64,000 nt of DNA, from NCBI GenBank assembly GCA_964513145.1, contig CAZELK010000006.1:10081-74080 (forward strand), read 5' to 3'. This document shows, piece by piece, positions 38,361 to 47,113 of the stretch. The notes beneath the pieces were generated by a model. It searched no databases and was not told the DNA's origin. It saw nothing but the letters and a program-made list of their open reading frames with translations. The stretch is from Candidatus Woesearchaeota archaeon. GTDB lineage: Archaea > Nanobdellota > Nanobdellia > SCGC-AAA011-G17 > JACPIM01. Both the position numbers and the translations under genes were made by a program. Position 1 is the stretch's first letter, and every line of letters begins with the position of its first letter.

Positions 38361-39770
38361 TTAACCCAGAGACTTATCCATTTCTAATTCAATTAACCTG
38401 TTTAATTCTACAGCATATTCCAGTGGCAGTGCTTTTACTATTGGTTCTATAAAACCAGCTACAATCATTTTCATAGCCTGTTCTTCTGACAAACCTCTTG
38501 ATCTTAAGTAAAATATTTGTTCATCACTTATTTTACCAACAGTTGCTTCATGAGCTATTTCAGCGTCATTTTCTTTTATTTCCATATAAGGAAATGTATT
38601 TGATTTTGACTGCTCATCAATTAGCAGAGCGTCACATTGAACAGCAGCTTTTGTATTTAAAGCGCCTTTTGCAACTTTCAACAAACCCCTATAAGATGTT
38701 ATACCGCCGTCTTTGGCAATACTCTTTGATCTTGTTACTGATGTTGTTTCAGGAGCTAAATGATAAATTTTTGTTCCAGTATCCTGATTTTGTCCTTTAC
38801 CTGCGAATGCAATTCCAAGAAAATCCGATCTTGCTTTTCTTCCAATTAAAACAGAACAAGGATATAACATTGTACATCGGCTTCCCGAATTTCCATTTAA
38901 CCAGTTGATTGTACCTTCTTCATCTACAATTGCTCTTTTTGTATTTAAATTAAAAGTATTTTTTGACCAATTTTCTACACTTATGTAAGATGCTTTTGCT
39001 TTTTTCTTAACATGAATTTCAACACAACCAGCATGAATAGAACTTGCTACATACTGCGGAGCGGAGCAACCTTCAAAATATTGCATTTCTGCACCTTCAT
39101 CTACAATAATTAAAGTATGTTCAAATTGACCCATTTTTTCTGCATTCATTCTGAAATAAGCTTGTAATGGAACTTCAACTTTAACATTTTTAGGTATATA
39201 AATAAAAGTCCCACCAGACCAGACTGCAGCATGCAAAGCAGAAAACTTATGCAAGGCAACTGGAACACATCTTGTCATAAAATGCTTTTTAAATAATTCC
39301 GGATATTTATTAATAGCTATGTCACAGTCAGTGAAAATGACCCCTTTTTCTTCCAAATCTTTTTTTAAATTATGATAAACTGCCTGAGACTCATATTGCA
39401 ATCCAACGCCACCAAGAACATTTCTTTCTGCTTCTGGAATTCCTAATTTTTCAAAGGTTCTCCTAATATCTTCTGGCAAGTCTTCCCATTTTGTTGCATT
39501 CTCTTTTGCATCGGGAGTAGCGAAAAATTTTATTTTATTAAAATCATTCATTAATTGACTTATATCAGGACCCCAATTCGGAATTGGCATGGAGTTAAAT
39601 ATTTTTAAAGCATTTAACCTAAATTGGCGCATCCATTCAGGTTCCTTTTTATAATCAGAAATTTTATGAATAATTTCTTCTGTTAAACCTTCGCCAGCAA
39701 TGTATTTAAACCGATCTTCATTTTTATGATCAAACATCTCTCTTGATAATTGTTCTTGAATTTGTTTCAT
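38361..39770 (-). CDS. sufB: Fe-S assembly protein SufB
   Basis: EPEWMRQFRL, GQFEHTLII, YFEGCSAP, HAGCVEI, AHEATVGKI, FYLRSRGL. Confidence 0.96.
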   Translation of the reverse strand: MKQIQEQLSREMFDHKNEDRFKYIAGEGLTEEIIHKISDYKKEPEWMRQFRLNALKIFNSMPIPNWGPDISQLMNDFNKIKFFATPDAKENATKWEDLPEDIRRTFEKLGIPEAERNVLGGVGLQYESQAVYHNLKKDLEEKGVIFTDCDIAINKYPELFKKHFMTRCVPVALHKFSALHAAVWSGGTFIYIPKNVKVEVPLQAYFRMNAEKMGQFEHTLIIVDEGAEMQYFEGCSAPQYVASSIHAGCVEIHVKKKAKASYISVENWSKNTFNLNTKRAIVDEEGTINWLNGNSGSRCTMLYPCSVLIGRKARSDFLGIAFAGKGQNQDTGTKIYHLAPETTSVTRSKSIAKDGGITSYRGLLKVAKGALNTKAAVQCDALLIDEQSKSNTFPYMEIKENDAEIAHEATVGKISDEQIFYLRSRGLSEEQAMKMIVAGFIEPIVKALPLEYAVELNRLIELEMDKSLG

Positions 39771-39772
39771 TT

Positions 39773-40942
39773 TTATATTAGAATTTTTGATTCTACCTCC
39801 CTCTTGAAAGTTTTATTTCTAAGAATGTCTACAATCTCAGCCAGAATTTTAGCAACATAATTTATTTCTTCCTCTGTATTAAATTTTGATAATGTAAACC
39901 TTAAAGTCCCTCTTGCATAATCTTCGGAAATATTTAATGCTCTTATCACATGGCTTACGCCAATTTTATGCGAAGAACATGCTGAACCGCTGGAAACATA
40001 AATTCCATAATCATTTAAATGCAAGATTAAAGTTTCAGACTCCATTCCCTTAATTGATATGTTTAAAGTATTGGGGAGTCTTAATTCAGGGTGACCATTT
40101 AATTTTGAATTTTGTATTTTTAATAGTGAACTTTCTAATTTATTTCTTAGACTAATTAATTTTTTTACAATTACTTCCTTATCTTGCTGTGAAATCTCCA
40201 AGGCTTTTGTAAAACCTATTATTGACAACAGGTTCTCAGTTCCAGATCTTAAACCAAATTCCTGCTCTCCACCATGAATTAATGGATCCAATTTTATTCC
40301 TTTTTTTACATATAATAAGCCGGCTCCTTTTGGGCCATGCATTTTTATTGAATTTAATGTTAGTAATGAACAATTTAAGTTATTCACATTTAAATCCAAT
40401 AAAAAAGCTTGACAAGCATCTGTGTGGAAAATAATATTCTTTTCTTTTGATATATTTCCTATTTCAGAAATATTTTGTATAGTTCCGATTTCATTATTTG
40501 CGTAGATTATTGAAATTAGAATTGTATTTTTTGTAATCTCTTTTTTTAGTTTTTCTAAATCTATTAAACCATATTTATCCACGTCCAGATAAGTTACCTT
40601 AAAACCCTGTGTTTCCAAATATTTACATGTGTTTAATACAGAATGATGCTCTATTTTTGATGTGATAATATGATTGCCTTTTGATTTGTTTGCAAAGACA
40701 GCACCTTTAATTGCTAAATTATTACTTTCAGTTCCGCCTGAAGTGAAAATAATTTCGTTAGATCCTGTTTTTAAAATTTCAGCTGCTTTTTGCCTGCAGT
40801 TGTCCAAGATGTTTTTTGCTTCGCTACCAAGATCGTGAAAACTACTTGGATTATAATAAATTTCCTCATATTTCTGCATTTCTTCTTTAACTAATGGATC
40901 TAGTTGTGCAGAAGCTGCATTGTCAAGATAAATTTGTTTCAT
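39773..40942 (-). CDS. iscS: Cysteine desulfurase, IscS/NifS class
   Basis: IYLDNAAS, FTSGGTESNN, HTDACQ, KMHGPKGAG, RSGTEN, SSGSACSS. Confidence 0.93.
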   Translation of the reverse strand: MKQIYLDNAASAQLDPLVKEEMQKYEEIYYNPSSFHDLGSEAKNILDNCRQKAAEILKTGSNEIIFTSGGTESNNLAIKGAVFANKSKGNHIITSKIEHHSVLNTCKYLETQGFKVTYLDVDKYGLIDLEKLKKEITKNTILISIIYANNEIGTIQNISEIGNISKEKNIIFHTDACQAFLLDLNVNNLNCSLLTLNSIKMHGPKGAGLLYVKKGIKLDPLIHGGEQEFGLRSGTENLLSIIGFTKALEISQQDKEVIVKKLISLRNKLESSLLKIQNSKLNGHPELRLPNTLNISIKGMESETLILHLNDYGIYVSSGSACSSHKIGVSHVIRALNISEDYARGTLRFTLSKFNTEEEINYVAKILAEIVDILRNKTFKREVESKILI

Positions 40943-41315
40943 TTTTTTTTGTTAAGCAAATATCACAAGTATCTGGCAAGCCTTCGTTATGATATTGACA
41001 GGCTTTACAAACAACTTTATTTTGTAGTGCACTTTCAAGCAAATGCTGCATTTCTTGGAACAATAATTTTCCATTTTGTGAAATTAATTGCGCTGATTTT
41101 TTTATCTCTTCTTTTGTCTGATCATCAAATGTAATTTCGTTTGCCCTTTTTTCCCGGATATATTGTGAAACTGCTGCTTCTGTTACTCCTATTACCTTAG
41201 CTATAGTTTTTTGATCCAAGCCAAGCTTTTTCATTTCCAAAGTTAATTCTTTCCTTAAAGCAGGCAGAATATACCAAACAGCTATTTCCTGAGGTTGTAG
41301 ATTTTTCTTAACCAT
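40923..41315 (-). CDS. HTH regulator with C-terminal Cys/His cluster, first gene of the suf operon
   Basis: QEIAVWYILPALR, HTH QKTIAKVIGVTEAAVSQY...KR, C-terminal CKACQYH...CDIC. Confidence 0.82.
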   Translation of the reverse strand: MVKKNLQPQEIAVWYILPALRKELTLEMKKLGLDQKTIAKVIGVTEAAVSQYIREKRANEITFDDQTKEEIKKSAQLISQNGKLLFQEMQHLLESALQNKVVCKACQYHNEGLPDTCDICLTKKNETNLS

Positions 41316-41423
41316 AGTTAATTTTTGTTCTTAAATATATATAAAACTATCTGTTCGACCTTATTCTCCCTTAAAAGTGGTATTTGCCAAATAAAAAATT
41401 TTAAAATGGCGTGAAACCTTAAT

Positions 41424-41564
41424 ATGAAAATGAAATGCACTATATGTGGAGAAAAAATTGAAACTGGAATTTTAGATAAGGTTAGAGGGACTTATATAAA
41501 GAAAAAAATTGTCTGTTCTGCTTGCCAAAGCAAATACAAAGACAAGATTTTAGAAAAAATTTAA
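41424..41564 (+). CDS. 46-aa Zn-ribbon microprotein, missed by the ORF track
   Basis: MKMKCTICGEKIETGILDKVRGTYIKKKIVCSACQSKYKDKILEKI. Confidence 0.75.
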   Translation: MKMKCTICGEKIETGILDKVRGTYIKKKIVCSACQSKYKDKILEKI

Positions 41565-41596
41565 TTAAAATAAATTATTGACAAGAATAATTATAT

Positions 41597-41668
41597 GCCT
41601 CTGTAACTCAATGGCAGAGTGCCGCCTTCGTAAGGCGGAGGTTTTGGGTTCAAATCCCATCAGAGGCT
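41597..41668 (+). tRNA. tRNA-Thr(CGT), intronless
   Basis: GCCTCTG/CAGAGGC acceptor, CCGCC-TTCGTAA-GGCGG anticodon arm, GGGTTCAAATCCC, discriminator T. Confidence 0.95.
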
Positions 41669-41679
41669 TTATTACAAAA

Positions 41680-41823
41680 TTATTTTATTTTTTCACGTAA
41701 TTTGTTTAAAAGCTTATATTCCTCTTTTGTTGCATTACCTTCTTTGCACTTTGCTTCTAAGGCAGCAAGTTGCTCACGATATCCTTTTTGTACTTTAACT
41801 ATATCTTTTTTTCCACAACCCAT
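41680..41823 (-). CDS. 47-aa hypothetical microprotein
   Basis: MGCGKKDIVKVQKGYREQLAALEAKCKEGNATKEEYKLLNKLREKIK; TATA-like element upstream. Confidence 0.55.
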   Translation of the reverse strand: MGCGKKDIVKVQKGYREQLAALEAKCKEGNATKEEYKLLNKLREKIK

Positions 41824-41888
41824 TTTAAATATGTATTTTGTTAATATTTAAATATTGGGAAACAATTTGCGTATAGGACACAGACATA

Positions 41889-41930
41889 TTACAGAGAACT
41901 TTGCATAATTAACTTTTTACAGAGAACTTT
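41889..41930. repeat. 14-bp direct repeat with 28-bp period
   Basis: TTACAGAGAACTTT at 41889-41902 and 41917-41930. Confidence 0.85.
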
Positions 41931-42003
41931 TATATTATTTGGGTTTGGTCCAATTACAACTTTAAGTTGTGTGGGTTTTCTTTGTTTTTTATTTAATTTT
42001 TAA

Positions 42004-42220
42004 TTAAATTGTTATAGCTCTTGCTATGTTGCTTTTTATTAGGAAATTTAGTCTGTGAAAATTGTATGCTAGGTATACAAATCCCTGCTGCACATAAACT
42101 CTTGGTTTTCTATAATAAAAATATCTTCAAGTTCTACTTCTCTCGTTGTATGTGTTCAGGAAAATATCTGGTAGTATTGAAAGTGCAATTCTCCAAGTAC
42201 AGTTCCTGCTAACAGATCCA
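42004..42220 (-). pseudogene. Possible IS4/IS5-type transposase C-terminal remnant
   Basis: Reads YNERSRT*RYF...YLAYNFHRL, resembling a Y-x2-R-x3-E motif and an LAYN helix; weak. Confidence 0.25.
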
Positions 42221-42256
42221 AACTAACTCTCGTGGCTTCGCCAGGGGCTTTAATCC

Positions 42257-42910
42257 CTAATAGATAATAAATTCAGACATTGGACCATTGCCATTTCCAC
42301 GAAAATGAATTTTTTTTGCATGCAGGTTATAGCGATTAAATTCTGATATAGCAAGGCAACCTGAGAAAATATCATACTCATTGCTTCCTGTTATAACTAC
42401 ACCACCCACATTATAACCCTCTACTACGCCAAATGTTGGTGGGGGAATTTTATCTGTAAAAGGTATAGCACCGCTGTTGCGCAATAAACTTATAATAGCA
42501 TTGTCTGCTTCTGAACCAATTGCTATGAAGTTAGTTGAAAAAGGATCTTGTACATTTCTTGCTTCTTGAATTACATCCTGAGAAAAGGATGCATTAGAAC
42601 CATATCTCCTTTTGACTTCAGCTTCTAAGTCTATTTTTATTTTAAAAGCACCTTGACGTACTTGAGAAATTGGATTTATTGAATTACTACGACTAATATT
42701 ACTACCAATAATAATTCTTGAGGTTTGATAGCTTATTATAAAATCATCTAATCTTTTATCTATATAGTCAAGCTGAATGCCTCCTTGCAACTGGGTTGAT
42801 TTTTGACTTGATGATGAACTACCACAACCATAATTTTTGCCAATAACAATTGCTGCAAGACCTTTTGCTGCTACAGAAAAAAACTCTCTTCGATTTAATG
42901 ATTTTTTCAT
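42257..42910 (-). CDS. Twin-arginine signal lipoprotein-like protein with S-layer C-terminal-like segment
   Basis: NRREFF, hydrophobic stretch, YGC then Ser-rich linker; NFIAIGSEADNAII and VVITGSNE resemble archaeal S-layer C-terminal motifs. Confidence 0.65.
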   Translation of the reverse strand: MKKSLNRREFFSVAAKGLAAIVIGKNYGCGSSSSSQKSTQLQGGIQLDYIDKRLDDFIISYQTSRIIIGSNISRSNSINPISQVRQGAFKIKIDLEAEVKRRYGSNASFSQDVIQEARNVQDPFSTNFIAIGSEADNAIISLLRNSGAIPFTDKIPPPTFGVVEGYNVGGVVITGSNEYDIFSGCLAISEFNRYNLHAKKIHFRGNGNGPMSEFIIY

Positions 42911-43011
42911 ATAACACCCCTAATTTAGTTTGATTATATAACTTAATAAATATTATTGTAGTTAAGACATCTTTCGAAAGGTTAAAATCTTTAAGTGTTT
43001 TTTAAATAGGT

Positions 43012-43245
43012 ATGGCTAAAATAAAATACAAAGTATTGTGCAAGAAATGCAAGAAATATTTTACTCCTGTAAAAAGCAAAATATCTTATTTGGGTTATTG
43101 CAAAGAATGCAGTTTTATACCTGGCAAATGCAGATTCATCACTGAAATTGGCTATCCTTGCGTAAATGATGCTGAATTTTTTGGCTATTGCATACAACAT
43201 TTTTTGAAGGTTCCTTTATCTAAATTGACAAAAGAAGTGAAATAA
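43012..43245 (+). CDS. Cys-rich Zn-finger microprotein
   Basis: CKKC...CKEC and C-x9-C-x9-C-x2-H. Confidence 0.7.
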   Translation: MAKIKYKVLCKKCKKYFTPVKSKISYLGYCKECSFIPGKCRFITEIGYPCVNDAEFFGYCIQHFLKVPLSKLTKEVK

Positions 43246-43292
43246 TTTATGAAGAAAATTTTATAAAGTAACTACTTCTCTGTTCTTTTTAT

Positions 43293-43473
43293 GTGGGGGT
43301 GCCAGAGCCTGGTCAATAAGTTTGACTAAATGGGCAGGAACAGAGTTGCTAAACTCAGATTGCCAAACTTAAGATTTCCTATGAGAAATCCTGTGGCTTA
43401 GTGCCTACGCAGGTTCAAAATAAGCTTTTGGAGCTCGTAACTCCTAGAACTTAGGAAAGCCCTGTCCCCCACA
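43293..43473 (+). tRNA. tRNA-Leu(TAA) with four introns (21/22, 30/31, 37/38, 59/60)
   Basis: Exons 43293-43316, 43330-43338, 43367-43373, 43388-43419 and 43460-43473 give an 86-nt class II cloverleaf (GTGGGGG/CCCCCAC, CAGGA-CTTAAGA-TCCTG); each junction fits BHB geometry. Confidence 0.85.
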
Positions 43474-43607
43474 TTTATCATTTTATAATTTATACCTACA
43501 CTTTATCGCATTATTAATTATGTAGTGTTAACCCAAATAATAATCAAATTTATTTTTTGCAACTTATTCGAATAGTTTAAAAATAGATTTTAGTTCTGTT
43601 TTTTATT

Positions 43608-43732
43608 GCCTGGGTAGCTTAGCTAGTGGAGCACAGAATTCGCTCAGACCCTTGGTATAAACTTTGAAAGTTTTTATCAAAGCTAAGAAAACAAAAAGGG
43701 TGAGGTCGCGGGCGCAAATCCCGTCCTAGGCT
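43608..43732 (+). tRNA. tRNA-Thr(GGT) with two introns (27/28, 37/38)
   Basis: GCCTGGG/CCTAGGC acceptor, U73; removing 43635-43647 and 43658-43696 gives CACCC-TTGGTAA-GGGTG. Confidence 0.8.
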
Positions 43733-44046
43733 TTTTTTAAACAAAATATTTTTGTATGCAACTTAAAAACTTTTAATTAATGACAAAATAAATAATACTA
43801 TGAAAATTACAAATAGAATTTTTGCTATTGATGCAGAAACTCCAGCAATAAATCTGAAACCTAATATGCCCGTTATTATTGCTACTATTAAAAATGTTAA
43901 TGTCCAACCAAGCACCATGATAGATAAATATTTTTAGCACTTATAATCTTATGTTGTGGTTTTTCAAACTACAGCTATAAGAATTCTCATATTATCAAAG
44001 CTTCAAACTACGGAACTTATTTAAATAACAACCAAATAACAATCAT

Positions 44047-44517
44047 ATGGACTTAAAAGAAGAGTATGAAAAATTAAGAAAAAATTACAAACTTCCCAGT
44101 TATGAAGATTTAGACAGAGAATTTGAACTGCTTTATGTTGCCAAATTAGAAGAAATAAAATTCCCATTAAGATTTATCAGGAGAAGAATTACAGATAAAC
44201 TTAGCTGGTTTTGCAATATGATGCAAAATATAATACAGCCCAATCCAGGTTCTTTAATAAGTCTAGAAGAAAGCAAGTTTTTTTCAGACAATGACAGAGC
44301 AAAAATAATAAATCTACTAAAAGAATTAATGTATTTTGAAAGAGAGTCGCTTATTTTAGAAGTTTATTTTAATGAAAAAGATGATGTTGAATTTATAAAT
44401 AATATCTTTGACATCTGGGACAAAACAAAAAAAGAAATTAAATTTATAACAGATATACTTAAAAAAGGCTGGAAAAAAGAAATGAAAAAAGAGGAAAAAG
44501 AACATTATTTTGGCTAA
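44047..44517 (+). CDS. Conserved-looking hypothetical protein
   Basis: 156-aa helical ORF with strong codon bias, upstream of the pilin cluster. Confidence 0.75.
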   Translation: MDLKEEYEKLRKNYKLPSYEDLDREFELLYVAKLEEIKFPLRFIRRRITDKLSWFCNMMQNIIQPNPGSLISLEESKFFSDNDRAKIINLLKELMYFERESLILEVYFNEKDDVEFINNIFDIWDKTKKEIKFITDILKKGWKKEMKKEEKEHYFG

Positions 44518-44519
44518 AG

Positions 44520-45191
44520 ATGAATAAAAGAGGTCAGGTTTATATCTTATTTGCATTAGTTATAGCCTTAGTTGTTTTTGTTTTAACTAATAAATCAAAC
44601 ATAATCAATATTACTCCTAGTGACAGCGAGTTTAAGGAGATATCAGAAAATTATGAAACTGAAAGCAGCAATCTTGTAAGTTCTTTAATAAAATTTAATA
44701 AACTTGATGAAGAAATATCAGAACAGTTTGCAACATTCAGCATTTTATTTACACAATATTCAAAAAGCAAAAATCCTTCTTTTGGACTGGTTTATTTTCT
44801 TAATCACAATAATGTTTTAAGAGTAGGAAATTTTTTAGATAAAAATATAAAAGTAACTGGCGGCAGTTCTGATATTAATCTTGAGGGCTGTTATTCCCTT
44901 GTTCCTGTTTTTATAAATTATAATACTTTTCAAATAAACAATTATATTGATTATGAAACATACAGGCGCAATTCTATTACTTCCCCATGTGTTAATGAAA
45001 TAACACCAGCGCCTGATCAAATAATTTTGAAAATAGGTGATGAAGAAATTGAATATGAAGTTAATATTATACCACAACAACCCAGGGTTGTAGTCATAAG
45101 CAGGGAAAACTTGTTTCAAGACAGAAAGGTTTTTTTAGATGATCAATTTGTAAAAGGAAAAAGACATAGGGATAATAGAGATGATGATTAA
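44520..45191 (+). CDS. Class III signal-peptide (pilin-like) protein
   Basis: MNKRG/QVYILFALVIALVVF. Confidence 0.78.
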   Translation: MNKRGQVYILFALVIALVVFVLTNKSNIINITPSDSEFKEISENYETESSNLVSSLIKFNKLDEEISEQFATFSILFTQYSKSKNPSFGLVYFLNHNNVLRVGNFLDKNIKVTGGSSDINLEGCYSLVPVFINYNTFQINNYIDYETYRRNSITSPCVNEITPAPDQIILKIGDEEIEYEVNIIPQQPRVVVISRENLFQDRKVFLDDQFVKGKRHRDNRDDD

Positions 45192-45627
45192 AAAAAAGGG
45201 ACAGTCTGAATTTGTAGCATATGTTTTGCTGATAGGCATGGCTGTTGCACTAGCATCAATAATCGGAGTATGGAGTTTTAATAATGCACAAAAAGTTAGT
45301 GATAATATAATAAAACAAAACAAAATAGAAGAAAAATGCGACCAATTAGCTATTAGCAGCAAAATTATTTGCCTTAATAATGCTGTAGATTCTATTAGTA
45401 TTTCTAACACCGGCTATTTTACAATTGATGAAGTTAAAATAACTAATCCAGAAACTGGGCTGGAAAATTGCTTTAATAAAGTCACAAAAATAAAACCAGG
45501 AGAGTCCAGGATTACACAAACTTTAAATAATTGCGATACTGCCATATTATTGCCTTTAGTCAAGATTTCAGATGATGAGACAATAGGGTGCAGTGAAAAA
45601 AAATTGGTGTTGAAATTAATATGTTAA
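45181..45627 (+). CDS. Archaeal type IV pilin
   Basis: KKKG/QSEFVAYVLLIGMAVALASII; internal Cys pairs. Confidence 0.85.
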   Translation: MMIKKKGQSEFVAYVLLIGMAVALASIIGVWSFNNAQKVSDNIIKQNKIEEKCDQLAISSKIICLNNAVDSISISNTGYFTIDEVKITNPETGLENCFNKVTKIKPGESRITQTLNNCDTAILLPLVKISDDETIGCSEKKLVLKLIC

Positions 45628-46073
45628 AATTTAGAAAGAGGGGTATTTCGCCTTTAATTGCAACTGTGTTGCTGATCGGGTTTACTGTTGCTATTGCAGC
45701 AATAGTAATTTTCTGGAGCAGAAATTTTGTAAAAGAAAAGGCAGAAAAAGAAGGTGCTTTATCAGAAAAAAAATTAAAATGTGAAAATGTAGAAATTGAC
45801 ATTAAAAGCATTGATAAATTAAATAAAAATATTGTTATTGAAAATAAAGGCAATGAGGACATTGATGGATTTATATTAAGAGTTGTTTCTGGTGGTGTTG
45901 GATCAGATAAAATTACATTAAAATTAGAAGCTTTAAAAACAGCAACAATTACATATTCTTTTGATTTGGAAACAAATTCAAAAATTGATTTGATACCAGC
46001 ATTAAAACCAGAAGGAACAAATGCACCTTTGGTTCCTTGCTCAAATAAACATAAAGTTATAAAAACTGAATAA
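45621..46073 (+). CDS. Archaeal type IV pilin
   Basis: RKRG/ISPLIATVLLIGFTVAIAAIV. Confidence 0.9.
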   Translation: MLKFRKRGISPLIATVLLIGFTVAIAAIVIFWSRNFVKEKAEKEGALSEKKLKCENVEIDIKSIDKLNKNIVIENKGNEDIDGFILRVVSGGVGSDKITLKLEALKTATITYSFDLETNSKIDLIPALKPEGTNAPLVPCSNKHKVIKTE

Positions 46074-46090
46074 ATTTTAAGGAGGTAAAA

Positions 46091-46549
46091 ATGAGATTTT
46101 TAAATAAAAAAGGTATTTCACCTTTAATTGCAACTGTATTATTAATAGGATTTACTGTTGCCTTGGCTGCAGTAGTCATTACATGGGGCAGCGGATTTGT
46201 AAACAGGGTTACAACTGGCACTGACCAAAGAACTTCAAAGGCTATCTCATGCACAGGTGATCTGGATTTTGAAATTACAAAAGTAACATGTCCAGACACA
46301 ATACTTGTCAATAACAAAGGCAATTTAGCTATTGAAAGCTTAAATTTAAGATTTTTTGATGAAAATGGAAATCTAGCTGGAGTTCCTGCAACAACAGCGC
46401 CAATAGAAAAATATGAATTGAAATCAATTACACAAGCTATACCAGTTGGAACAACAAAAGTAGAGGCAATTGCAACAGTTATAATTGACGGACAAGAAGC
46501 AGTATGCAGTGAAGCAGCAAAACAAAGAACATTTAGCCCAGCCTGCTAA
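46091..46549 (+). CDS. Archaeal type IV pilin, paralog A
   Basis: KKG/ISPLIATVLLIGFTVALAAVVITWGSGF; ends SPAC. Confidence 0.92.
   Translation: MRFLNKKGISPLIATVLLIGFTVALAAVVITWGSGFVNRVTTGTDQRTSKAISCTGDLDFEITKVTCPDTILVNNKGNLAIESLNLRFFDENGNLAGVPATTAPIEKYELKSITQAIPVGTTKVEAIATVIIDGQEAVCSEAAKQRTFSPAC
46097..46194 (+). repeat. 98-bp exact repeat shared with 46626-46723
   Basis: Codons 3-35 of pilins A and B are identical, including synonymous sites. Confidence 0.9.
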
Positions 46550-46619
46550 ATTTTTTTCTTTTTTTATTATTTATGAGTTAATATACTTCTTTATATAATT
46601 GAATTAATTTTATTTTTTT

Positions 46620-47081
46620 ATGGGGTTTTTAAATAAAAAAGGTATTTCACCTTTAATTGCAACTGTATTATTAATAGGATTTACTGTTGCCTTGGCTGCA
46701 GTAGTCATTACATGGGGCAGCGGGTTTGTACAAAGAATTACAACTGGGACTGAAGACAGAACAACAAGAACTGTAACTTGCACTAGTGATGTAAACTTTG
46801 AAATTACAAAAGTTGACTGTAATACAAAAGCAGTTACAATAACAAATACTGGTGATTTTCCTATCCTTGGATTTACATTTAGATTTTTTAATAGTGGAGG
46901 CGATTATTTGGGAATGACAAATGGTGATGGAGCAAATAAATTTGAGGTTAAAATTATTAATCTTCAAAATATCCCTTCTACAACCAGCAAAGTAGAAGCT
47001 TTATCAACAATAATACTTGAAGGTCAGAATGTTACATGCAAAGATATAATCAAAGAAAAAATATTTAGTCCAGCTTGTTAA
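46620..47081 (+). CDS. Archaeal type IV pilin, paralog B
   Basis: Same N-terminus as paralog A; ends SPAC. Confidence 0.92.
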   Translation: MGFLNKKGISPLIATVLLIGFTVALAAVVITWGSGFVQRITTGTEDRTTRTVTCTSDVNFEITKVDCNTKAVTITNTGDFPILGFTFRFFNSGGDYLGMTNGDGANKFEVKIINLQNIPSTTSKVEALSTIILEGQNVTCKDIIKEKIFSPAC

Positions 47082-47113
47082 TTCTGGTAGCTTAATGAAT
47101 TAAAGGATTCTCG

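Noticed and set aside
43420-43459. Fifth, nested intron inside the T-loop intron of tRNA-Leu (TCCT/AGGA helix)
   Set aside because: Removing it leaves no valid second BHB, whereas one 59/60 intron has consistent outer, central and inner helices
43608-43732. Reading this tRNA as Phe(GAA) through a different splice
   Set aside because: The acceptor GCC/GGC with U73 matches the other Thr gene, and a canonical 37/38 cut gives TTGGTAA
43800-43937. 45-aa ORF after tRNA-Thr(GGT)
   Set aside because: No motif or RBS; cannot be told apart from a chance ORF
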